Below are positions 49,059-58,920 of a stretch of 64,000 nt of DNA, piece after piece. Each line of letters starts with the position of its first letter. The first letter of the stretch is position 1. Origin of the DNA: Eutreptiella sp. 'Long Island Sound 2002' (taxonomy: Eukaryota; Protista; Euglenida); NCBI GenBank assembly GCA_964036045.1, contig OZ038378.1, forward strand, positions 1,054,001 through 1,118,000, given 5' to 3'. The translations under genes were made by a program, and so were the position numbers. Under the pieces are notes generated by a model that saw nothing but the letters and a program-made list of their open reading frames with translations, had not been told where the DNA came from and searched no databases.

Positions 49059-52000
49059 CCGAGGAAGAGCGGCAAGAGCAAGGGCTACTGTACCAGTGAG
49101 GCTGCTGCGTGTGCCTCGTGTGCGCGCTGTTGGCGTGCTTTGCCTCTGCCGGAGAACTATCTTGGTGGACCACACTGTTGTCCACCTCTGCACCCCTTTG
49201 AATAACCCACTCTGGAGGCACCTGGCGAGCCGTGCAGGGCGTTTTCAGCAGTCCGCAGTAGCAGCAGCCGTGGCAACGCTGCGGGGAACGAGCAGGTCCT
49301 GCTGGTGCCAGCCCCATCAGCGACACGTACATCGTGCAACAGCCCCTTGATGGCATAGTCACTGGCATCGGGAGGAAAGGCACCCACCTGATGGCGACGG
49401 TAGGGACAAGTCCACCTTGTCTACAGGGGCATGGCGGCTGCCATGAACGCCAGATTTCATGTCCTACGTCCACCTTGATTCACTCTCCGCTGTAGTTACC
49501 GCTGCCCCCTTCTTCTTGATGGGTTTCCCATTCCGTGGTGACCAGCTCCCATTTCGCGACAATGGAAGCCCTTCAGGACACTCCAAGAGTGGTGCCGAGC
49601 CCCCCCCCCCCCCCTCTTGCTGCAAGAGTGGCAAGGCAAAGGGCAATGTGATTGCAGAACATTGCACTACGGTGAACTGAGTAAGTCTGGCATGAGGTCA
49701 GGATCATGCTGGTCATCATGGCCCCTCCTCCGTTCCAATACTGGGCAGGGTCGCTCCTCAGAGGATCCCACATAGGAAGGAGGCCCAGGTCCTTCCGTCG
49801 CGCCGCGATACGCTGGGGGGGGCAGGGGGGGTAAGGGCCTTATATATCTGTATACAGCTGTATATAGGTGAGCTCTCACCCGCTAACCCCCTGATCCCCT
49901 CAATCGCACTAGCGTCCAGGACTTGAAAAGGCGAATGCCTCCTCTCTTCCAATACATTCCTGTTGCGGGGCCATCCGTCAGCACAGGCAGGACTGACATG
50001 TCTGACACCTCACGGGCGACATGGCGCGGCATGCAATGCGCAGCACACAGCACACCGAGGTCCAACGTACTGCCATCAGGCAATGCAATGATGTCAGCAA
50101 TTTCCGGTTCATAGAAATGAGTCGCGAGTGTCTCTTTCCCTGTGGGCCAAACAGGCGAAAATGAGCGTACGGCAGACCTGTGCAGCGCTGTACTCCCTCG
50201 GTCGGCCAAGCCTAAGGTAAGTTCAAACGAAAACCGATACTCTGCCCTTGGCAACCTTCGTACGGCGGTACACAGGACGGAGAGGACAGCTCATGAGCTT
50301 TGGTGTGAGCAGGTGCCCCTCTCGCCAGCCTGCGCAGCCGGTCAACGTCTTCGTACGACGGTGAGCAGACAACAGCTAGTTGCCGATGCGATGCGATGTC
50401 TACTGCCAGTGTCACCGCTGTGGTCGGTATCACAGCTGTCTGTCTACGACGGGGTGGGGCTGGGATGCTGTGACTGATACTTCATGGAACGTGCAGACTT
50501 AACACTTTGCAAAAAGACGGATGCCCGTTCATCCCTCACCCCCACGTAGCTCTCCCGCTGGGGCCTCACTGACCATATTCGGTTTCGTGCGAGTTACAAG
50601 TTCGCAGCCTGTGTTTCACTCGGCTTGCTGCCAGCAGACCTGGCGTGCAACACTGCATGCAAGTTGGACATTGCTCCGCATTGGTTCTGGTTACTTCAGC
50701 CGCAGGATTGCTCCCTTCAGCAAAACTCTGACCGGAACCTCCCTCAGGCCCTCATACATGTAAGCCGTGTGCCCAGGCTCGGACGGCGACGCCGTGGTGT
50801 ATGTGCAACCGGTGCTACAGTCGCAACCAAGGTGAAGCCCCGTACCACTTTGACATCTCCACCAGCGGTCTTGCGGAAGTACCAACCGACACATTGAGTC
50901 TTCATGGTTACCCTCCACACACACAGACAAGTCGTCAGTGGTCAGAGCGGGGGTTCGTTGTCAAGATTGCTGTGTGTACGCCTGTGCTATTGTAACGCCG
51001 TCTCTTGTGACCGCATGGTCTTGCCACCACCCCTTGACTGACTCGGGGATGCTGGCGGCGAACCACCTCCCACCCACCCACCAGCCTCCCAGCCACTCAC
51101 CCAAAGAGAAAAGGGGGCAAACAGTTTCTTCCGGCGCCGAAAGCGCCAATCCCCCCCCCCCCCAAATGACCCACCCACAGGGGGGGACACCCCCCCCCAG
51201 AATTTCCGAGATACCCCAGCACCCACCCACCCCCTACCGTAGGGTAGGGCAAGCTCCCTTGCAACCCCTCGGGGCCTTTTTGCACAACACCCAATAGTCA
51301 GTAAGCTCTCCTGTGACCACCCTGAAAACCAACCACCATATCGAGATTGAGGGCTGGATGAGCAGTGAGGTGGTGAATCGGAACTTGGGATGGTGAAGGA
51401 GGTAGAATCAATCTTGGAGTGTCGATTCACCACCTTCATTCCATCTTGATAATATTCAAAGTATTAAACCACTCTGGCAGCAACTCACACACCGTTGGAG
51501 CAAGTGTAGAACACCCTATTCCCAACACCGAGATCCATGGAGAATGAGCTAGCGGGTCTACGAATATGTGAGGGAAAGTATGTCGTCCTGCAGCAGGCAC
51601 TGTGAAAATGCATCACCATATTTTGCCAACAGCAATTGCTGAGAAGCTGCTGCAGTATCGAGGAAACCGGGTCCAAGTGACCCTACTTTTTGCACAGCGC
51701 ACGCATAACGTACAGTGCCCCCCCCTCCCCCCCTCTCCCTGAATCAGGTGGTGCACACCTACTATCGATGAATAGGTCTTACTGGGCTTGACCTCCTTGA
51801 TGACCTGCGGCAGGCAGCCAGAGTGGTCCATTTCTGCATGCAAAGACACCACAATGTCGATCTTCTCTGGGTCCACCACAGAGCGAATGCGAGACATGAG
51901 CTCCTCGTGGAAGTCCTGCCAAAAGAAGAGTCACAAGACGACGACTCACCTTCAGTCTTTATCAGCAAGAAAAAACAACTTCAGCATCTGTTACACTGAA

Positions 52001-52872
52001 CTTGGCGGTTGTAAACTAATCAACAGCCACAGGAGGAACCAACAGCGGTTGGAGACTGAACCAACGCATAAGCATGAGACTGCAAAACAGGCCGTGTGTC
52101 CAGAAATGGTGGGTCCAGCAAAGGTGAACACCAGAATGAGGATGTTTTGGGCACACCGTCCACCGCCAACCATCGGTGCGCAAACAAACCACGGCTCGCA
52201 CATGCTGTTGTGTAGGGGTGGGGTACCCAGGGGCTGGGGGTCTGCAGAAGCGCCGAGCACCCAACCAACCACAATCTCATCACCTTCTTCACAGTGTCCA
52301 CAAGGGTGATCTTTTCGGCCATGATGAGGTACGCGTTGTATGTAGTGCCGCGGCTGCACCAAAAACCTGCCAATGAGCAAAAGGAAAAGAGGCACCTTTG
52401 ACTCTCCAGCATGCATGGCCATCAGCACTCTGCCCCTAACCACGTCGTGGAATCCAAACACTGAAACAGACCTCCACGCCCTCCGTGCTATTTTGTGCTG
52501 GGCTGCGCCATTGTATGCTACGCTGGTATGCTGTGATGTGCCACAATTGCGCTCTACCTTCGTATCCGTTGCTACATGCTGTGCTGTGCTGTGCAATGCC
52601 ATGTTACATAGGCGATACGATGCTAGGCCGAGCTATGCTGCTATATCGTGCTGTACTCTGTCCCATGCCCGAGGTTGTGTATACGGTGTGGTACCGTGTC
52701 AGTGCAACGCACAGCACAACACAGCGAGAAAAAAGGTGGTCATCATAATGACATCACAGACGATCCAATGCAGGGAAAGCACAATACCATGGATGTCACG
52801 GGCGTTCCAGTCCATGGCCCCCACCCAATAGACATGGGGGCTGAGCTGGACGGCATTCAGACCACACGACAT
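37292..52872 (-). CDS. fprA: Class A flavodiiron protein (metallo-beta-lactamase-like di-iron + flavodoxin domains; FprA/ROO-like O2/NO reductase), 10 exons, 409 aa
   Basis: Exons 52872-52788, 52366-52284, 51915-51759, 50139-50056, 48851-48746, 47506-47447, 46593-46426, 45187-44976, 43169-43039, 37435-37292. All nine introns are GT-AG with matching phases; total 1230 nt. Motifs GTTYNAY, HAEMDH, HWPDS, SQDGFG, YYANI, PSHG, YDTMWG, GSSTLN, AFGSYGW. Confidence 0.95.
38700..39780 (-). pseudogene. Decayed reverse-transcriptase relic (Penelope-like motif B') in fprA intron 9
   Basis: [16 protein letters not shown] (~39490-39540), then after a frameshift [15 protein letters not shown] (~39350-39395) at normal B'-to-C spacing. 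Confidence 0.5.
43039..43169 (-). CDS. fprA: Flavodiiron protein exon 9
   Basis: cag|(G)[43 protein letters not shown]|gtatgg. Confidence 0.95.
44650..44790 (+). repeat. 7-bp-period GG(C/T)GGTT minisatellite
   Basis: Tandem ggcggtt/ggtggtt units. Related 21-bp repeats at ~45790-45865. Confidence 0.85.
44976..45187 (-). CDS. fprA: Flavodiiron protein exon 8
   Basis: aag|(W)[30 protein letters not shown]...[13 protein letters not shown]|gtatgg. Confidence 0.95.
45226..45346. repeat. Fold-back: three to four direct GGTAAAACTGAGTA copies and one inverted copy around an A/T palindrome
   Basis: GGTAAAACTGAGTAAAA (45248) is the perfect reverse complement of TTTTACTCAGTTTTACC (~45328-45344). Confidence 0.8.
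46426..46593 (-). CDS. fprA: Flavodiiron protein exon 7
   Basis: cag|(R)[13 protein letters not shown]...[24 protein letters not shown]|gtatgc. Confidence 0.95.
47447..47506 (-). CDS. fprA: Flavodiiron protein exon 6
   Basis: cag|(G)[21 protein letters not shown]|gtatgt. Confidence 0.93.
47544..47708 (+). repeat. Compound (GCGT)n(GAGT)n microsatellite
   Basis: Perfect tetranucleotide runs ~40 nt from the exon 6 acceptor. Other simple repeats: (CCCT)n ~35985-36030, (GCA)n ~49025-49057. Confidence 0.97.
48746..48851 (-). CDS. fprA: Flavodiiron protein exon 5
   Basis: cag|(G)[36 protein letters not shown]|gtctgt. Confidence 0.95.
50056..50139 (-). CDS. fprA: Flavodiiron protein exon 4
   Basis: cag|(G)[28 protein letters not shown]|gtgtgc. 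Confidence 0.9.
51759..51915 (-). CDS. fprA: Flavodiiron protein exon 3
   Basis: cag|[53 protein letters not shown]|gtgtgc. Confidence 0.95.
52284..52366 (-). CDS. fprA: Flavodiiron protein exon 2
   Basis: cag|(G)[27 protein letters not shown]|gtgatg. Confidence 0.95.
52788..52872 (-). CDS. fprA: Flavodiiron protein exon 1
   Basis: [29 protein letters not shown]|gtattg. A further upstream exon cannot be excluded. Confidence 0.85.
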
Positions 52873-52901
52873 CAGATGAACGCAGCAATAATAAACAGCA
52901 G

Positions 52902-52945
52902 TCTGAACAGACACAAAACACACAAAAGGCAGAAGAATTTGTGCT
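52902..52945 (-). promoter_or_regulatory. Polypyrimidine tract + AG 30 nt upstream of the fprA ATG (trans- or cis-splice acceptor candidate)
   Basis: Minus strand ttcttctgccttttgtgtgttttgtgtctgttcag|actg. The 30 nt to the ATG are open and in frame (TAVYYCCVHL). Confidence 0.45.
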
Positions 52946-53059
52946 TGAGCGTCTCCAGCGGAAAGCCCAAGCTTGTCTAGAAGACTGTGTGTGTGTGCGC
53001 GCGCCACCCAACAATTTGAAGCAATCTCATGGCATTCGCTCACGTACACCACATCTATA

Positions 53060-54090
53060 GCTGTGTGTGCCAATTGCCCCACCACAGGGTGTTGTCACGC
53101 ACTTTCAGTTCTCACCTTGGGCAGTTCGTTGCACTCCATTGTCAGGATGAGGTCAGGCTTTATACACTAATCCGGCTCTGAGTCAGGCATGTATGTGTGG
53201 GTTAGGCTGTGTGTGTGCCAATTGCCTATTGCCCCGCCACAGGGATGATTTCCACGCAATCAGCTCTGGCTTGAGGCAGTTCTTTGCGTGCATTGTCCAC
53301 GAATCCCCGGATGCAAGTAAGGCATTTACACTCGTGCGGCTCAGGGTCAGGCAGTTCGAGCGGCCCTTGCTGCTTGTGTTTTTGTCTATCTTTGAATGAC
53401 CGTACTTTGTCCTCTCCACTGGAGTCAGTGACGTGCACTGCCACCTGTCGCTTGACCCCACACCCAAGCCTGAAACTGTTCCCCCATCTTGGCCTACTTC
53501 TCGGCTGTGTGTGCACGTGCAAATGTGTGTGCCAATTGCCTATTGCCCCACCACAGCAATCAGTTCTCGCCTGAGGTAGTTCTTTTGTGTGCATTGTCCG
53601 CGCATCCTCGGATGCAGGTAAGGCATTTACACTAGTCTGGCAGCTCAAGCGGCCCTTGCCACATGTGTTTTTGTCTTTCTTTGACTGACCATACATTGTC
53701 CTCTCCGCTGCAGTCAGTGACCTGCATTGCTACCTATCACTTGACTCTGCACCCTTTGATGACTTTTATCCTGCTACTTCCTTGTCGCTCCTCCGTTGAT
53801 CACTATCGCCTCCACGGACATATGTGCCCCCATCTTGGCCAACTTATCGGCTATGTGTGCACATGCAACTGGTTGTGTCAATTGCCAATTGCCCCGCCAT
53901 AGGTTCTTTTTTCATGCAAGCAGTTCTCACCCACGGCAGTTCTTTGCTTGCTTGTCCAGGTATCTCTCGATGGAGGTCATGCGTATGCACAATCGTCATC
54001 AACTGTGAGGTTGTTAGGGTCAAGCGGCCTATGTACATGCCCTCTAATCAAGTTTTTGGTTAGGTAGTTCAAGCAGCCCTTGCCGCTTCC
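53060..54090. repeat. Degenerate tandem repeat, ~315-bp unit, upstream of fprA
   Basis: GTGTGTGCCAATTGCC(T)ATTGCCCC recurs at ~53063, 53211, 53525 and 53875 with conserved downstream blocks (GTAAGGCATTTACAC, GCGGCCCTTGC, CCCCATCTTGGCC). Confidence 0.8.
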
Positions 54091-54249
54091 TCTTGCGGCT
54101 ATCTCCAACTAACAACACATTGTCCTCGCTACAAGACTCCCTTACTTGCACCGCCACTATGACCCTGCGCCCCCTCGAGCACTTTACGCTTGCTTTCCCC
54201 CTATAGTTCTTCCCATGACCGATGGCGCCGGCTCACTTTATGGACAACT

Positions 54250-54640
54250 GACATTTGTGCTCCTGCCTTGGCCAACTTGTCCGCCTCCTTGTTAAGCGGC
54301 ACCAAATTGTGCCCATATACATGCGTCACCTCAAATGATACTCGCCTCATGGTGACCATGGCATATATATCTTCCCGCATGTTGTAGTGTGGGATAGGCT
54401 GATTGCCCTTTGTGAACCTTTTCCTATGCATATACTGCTCTATGTTCTTCACGACATCCACACACCACTTGAAATCACCATACAGCCTGATATCCTTGTC
54501 AATGTGCACAGTTTGCGGCGCTGCACGCATTGCTAACGCCTCTGCTTGATTGTTTGTTTGAGCCGATGACAATGGTAGGCGAACATTGGCATACTCCGCA
54601 AACGAGAAGAACAACCCGAATCTAGATCTAGGCTGCACGG
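54250..54640 (-). pseudogene. Second RNase H relic
   Basis: AQTNNQAEALA...IRLYGDFKW...VTHVYGHNLVPLNKEADKLAKAGA in ORF 54201..54779; the N-terminal DGS motif is missing or decayed. Confidence 0.8.
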
Positions 54641-57172
54641 TGCAGGGTGTTTCTCCTCCCAAGGTGTTGCAATGGGGCCGAGTTGAGGAAAGAGGGTTGT
54701 CCGCACGTTGCGTTGGTTTGGGTGGATTGGATTTATGCGAATAAGAGGGGGGGTGTATGGGCCACGGTTGGCTCAGCATTGTGATCCAAGGGTAGGGATC
54801 CTCAATCGATGCGGGAGGGGCTACACCTACAAGACCTCAGAACCCTACCCAAGGCCACACTCCGGTGCTTGATCATTACAACCATGGTCTCGGGGCTGAA
54901 GGTGTGCTTCTACCTACCGTATGGGGGAGGCCTGTCAATGAGCTGTGGTTGTGGGGGAGTGTCACGGAGCCTTAGGCCATGCCGTTGTTGCCCCGGTGCT
55001 ACTTGTGACCCGGGGGGTATGGCAGCCCGGCAGCACAAGTGTTTGTCCTACCAAGCCGTGTGGTGGGGCCTAGGGCTTTAAATTGTCACGGCCACTTTCG
55101 TCAGGGCTTAAGGGTTGAGGGCAACAAAGGTTCACAAAGGGGCCAAACTATCCTTGGACCCAAGACGAGATACTGCAAAGGGGGGAGGGGGTTGCTTGAG
55201 AATTGGGTATCAGGGGGTGAGGCCTTTGCTCAACGACGGGAGGGGGAGGGGGTCAAATGACAAGGGCAGGCACCCACTTTTTGGCTAGAGGCACAACTCT
55301 TGGCCTAACCCCATGGGGGCCATGAGCAACAGATACTGGACTCGTATACACCCACGTGACATAGGCATATGGTCATGGCCACAAAGCACAGTACATTATT
55401 TCGCCTTGCCGCACTACAGCGCGAACCAGATCAGCTCCGAATGTTTCCTTGACGTCACTGCTTAAAACAGCTATCGAATGTTTCATGGGCCGTCTGGGTA
55501 AGCTCATCCCCTCCCATGGGCGCCGGTTAGCCATGAAGAACGCACCCCAGGAACCATCCTATCTGCAACCATTAGACTCCATGCCCCAAGGCACACCCCA
55601 GACCATCCCCTACACCACTCACAACCGAAACCGCGCGTCTTCATGCAAATGCCAGAACACAATACCTTGGCCATCAACCGGTCCTGTCAAGGCATGGTGG
55701 ATACAATCCATTGCATGACCCCATCCCTGAGCCCACAACCACATGCCCCCACAGACTTCACTCCTTGTACCACTCACTTTAATTGTTTCAACGCCGGCAC
55801 AGGTAGTTACCTGGCCAGACCAAACCCTGTAACAGGCATGCACATTCTCTTTGTGCTCCACATGCAGTGCCAGGTCCGTGAAATGCACCATTAGCACCCT
55901 ACAGACCGACGCAAGCAGCCGGTGTAGCCTCTGCTCAGTGTCCGGCTGTCGCAGCCTGTGTCCGCACATAATTGGCAGCTCGTGACTCGAGTGCTAGTGG
56001 GACGAGGTCCACAATATCCTCATCAAGTATTGTGCACCGTGCCTCGTGCTCATGCTTCTTAAGTTCGCGAGGGCGCATGAGGGTGTTTGCTGCCCGTTGA
56101 CAGTGACTCGCACGGCTGGAGGACTCGCCTCAAAACAAAATCACTGCAGCAAATAAGCACGATCCTCCCAAACCCCACCACCCCATACTTACCCCCTACT
56201 GCAACGTAATAAAACAAAGCGGCGGCTCCGTGGCAGGCCGGCCGGGGTTTGAACCCGTGACTTGTGTCCTGTGCATGTTGTGTGTTTCCGGTATGCTACG
56301 TCGCCGTCACCGTAGTAACGGTCACCCAAACCACCCATGCTTAATATGTCTCCCACATCCCTGTGTCACCACACCCGGACCCGTCCGCACGCCGAAAGCA
56401 GCGCCGGTCCCATCGGCCCCCGCGGACCTCCAACCCGGAGAGCACTATGATGTGAGTGTCTTGTGCGTTTCACTGTGATGTGAGTGTCTTGTGCATTTCA
56501 CGTATGCTCCCGACCCTCAAAACAAGGTTGAAACCATCCATTGTGCTCGGCGTACACATACCCGGCTCCATCCGAGTGACATGTGTAACCACCTTCAACA
56601 GGATGTTCTACCCAAAAACAATCTCCTTCCGATGGAGAATACCTGACATTAGGCCAGCACTCATGACATCCCTCCACGAACGCACCTCCCCAAAAACCGA
56701 CGTCCCCTCCCATGGGGGGGGGGGGGGGGTCAACCTCAGGAGGCACCCACCCACAACCCATAGACCCTCTTGGGTGAAGGTGTCTACCCGGAAAGCATGC
56801 ACTACAGCCCATTCAAATTGGTGACAGTGATCAACACCGGGCAGCAGATCATGCAGAAAACGGTCTCGGACATACTTGTGCAGATTGTGATTCCAGCACA
56901 GCACAACATAGCAGGCACAGGTCACAGCACAGCACAAGCAACCCCATAGTTTAGGGCCTTGACGCTCCATAGTTTAGGGCCCCGACGCCGACGTTCCTCA
57001 AAGGGGACAAAAAACAGTGACCTACCCCTACCCAGGGAGGGTCCGGGCTGAAGGAGGCACCCAACTTTTTCAAAAAGGTAACCCCCTCCCCCTCGGGTAG
57101 GCAGTCCATTAAGCAAAGGCCTGCACGGGGTCCTTAAGGGGGGGGGGGGGCGTTCAGGCTGTGGGTACTATA

Positions 57173-57310
57173 TGTGTTCAACCATTGGATCCTAGCCCTT
57201 CACGCCTTCAACCATGGGTTCTCAACTGTTCAACCATTGGTTCCTAGCCCCACATGTGTTCAATCATTCAACCATTGGTTCCTAGCCCCACATGTGTTCA
57301 ACCATTGCAT
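57173..57310 (+). repeat. ~30-bp minisatellite (TTCAACCATTGGTTCCTAGCCCCACATGTG)
   Basis: 4-5 imperfect copies. Confidence 0.85.
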
Positions 57311-58364
57311 CCCAACCCCACTTGACACCCTACACAATCCAACATGCAACATGAAGAGAAGCATATTCTTTTGTCAAATTCAGTGACGCAACATTCGACC
57401 ACCCAAATGGCACAGCGGGTAGCAAAGTAGAAGGCATCTCGTCACAAGATATATGGAACAAGAACTCCCTACTTTTACAACCCTTGGAAGTGCACCTTGA
57501 CGTGCTACATGGGCTCACCCTTACTCCCTCGCACAGCCAAATCATGCTTCCTACAAATGGCCTTAAACTCAGGAATAGTCCACTCATGCAACCTCCTTCT
57601 CTCAATTGCTCTCAACACAGCATCATAAACATCATACTTGAACGGCAATTGTGACACCGACACAAAGGATGCAGAGGATGAGGGTTGGGGGTTAGGTTTG
57701 GTCACAAGGCCAAAGGAGGAACTACTCACATGGATAGCGACATCGAATTCCTCATTTGAGCTGACCTCATCCTCATCCTCCATTCTAACCCCATACATAC
57801 CCTCAATGTGTGTGTTGCGGTTTGCCTACTTGGGAACAAAACACAAATCTTGAGCACTCAAGGGAATCCTAGCTTCCGCACACTAATCCATAGGAATCTC
57901 GAGGTCCTTGAATGCAGCAAACCCGGCAAACCTCAACTCAACCTCCAGTGCCTGCTTACGCAATCAAAATGGTGAGCAACTTCATGCGGCCTCCTTTGGG
58001 GCTGTTGGCAACCTCCACACCCAAAGATTCCTCCCACCACCCCACAAGGACGTAGTGCCTAGTGAGAGCCAAATGGATGCGAGATGCGAAAGGACGGTTG
58101 CAAGATGATGAAGAACAACATCAAGCATGGAAATCCTTCACCCCAACCAAGCACCAACGGTCCCCAAGACAATTTTGGCTCACTGCGGCATGCTGCGGCA
58201 CGCTGCGGCATGCTGCGGCATGCTGCGGCATGCTTCAAGCTGTTGGTCAAGGGTACCTCCTGTGATCCCTCGGTTGTTTGAGTATCCTCGGGACTTGACA
58301 TGTCAAAACAACACCAAAAAAGCGAAGATCTGTGCAACAATAGAGAGGAACTGACAGGCAAAAA

Positions 58365-58436
58365 ATTGCCCTTTCCGGGAATGGAACCCACAACCCTCCA
58401 AACTGGGGCCTGGTACATAGACCACTGAGCTACCAC
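58365..58436 (-). other. tRNA-derived (SINE-head-like) sequence within a repeat carrying GCTGCGGCAT(GC) arrays
   Basis: Minus strand GGTAGCTCAGTGGTC...GTGGGTTCCATTCCCGG gives A-box and B-box. No intact cloverleaf. Short tandem arrays at ~58183-58235 and ~58520-58605. Confidence 0.55.
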
Positions 58437-58619
58437 TCAGTTCTGAGATGCTTGTGCAACAAAGGGTTCAGAGGTTTGACATGTTATGAAAAAAAAGTCC
58501 GCCATGTGAAATTTTTGGCTCGCTGCGGCATGCTGCGGCATGCTTCAAAACCCCCACCAACAGCTCCCAGAATCTGGCGCTGCGGCATGCTGCGGCATGC
58601 TGCTGCCGTTGGTGCTTGA

Positions 58620-58920
58620 CCCCAACTCAAGGGGCCACACCGAAGCATGCGAGTCCTTAACCCCAACTCGAGGTGCCACACCAAAGCTTGGGGGTGCTTA
58701 ACCCCAACTCGAGGGGCCACACCAAAGCGTGGGGGGTCCTTAGCCCCAACTCAAGGGGTCACACCGAAGCGCGTGTGTTCTTAACTCCAACTCAAGGGGC
58801 CGCACCAAAGCGTGGGAGTCCTTAACCCCAACTAAAGGGGCCACACCAAAGCGTGGGAGTCCTTAACCGCAACTCAAAGGGCCGCACCGAAGCATGGGAG
58901 TCCTTAACCCCAACTCGAGG
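58620..58920 (+). repeat. 41-bp tandem repeat (~7 copies)
   Basis: CCCCAACTC(A/G)AGGGGCCACACCAAAGCGTGGGAGTCCTTAA head to tail with no spacers. Confidence 0.92.

Noticed and set aside
51650-51745. Euglenid-type non-conventional intron after fprA exon 3 (CTG|ATTCAG)
   Set aside because: An upstream GT donor (51758) joins in phase to a clear exon 4 at 50139 and gives a better protein; all nine introns are GT-AG.
23093-52872. Host-wide UAG-to-Gln genetic code
   Set aside because: Neither host gene contains an in-frame TAG despite many Gln codons; TAGs occur only in a decayed TE.
58620-58920. CRISPR-like regular repeat
   Set aside because: The 41-bp units are head to tail with no unique spacers, there are no cas genes, and the context is eukaryotic.
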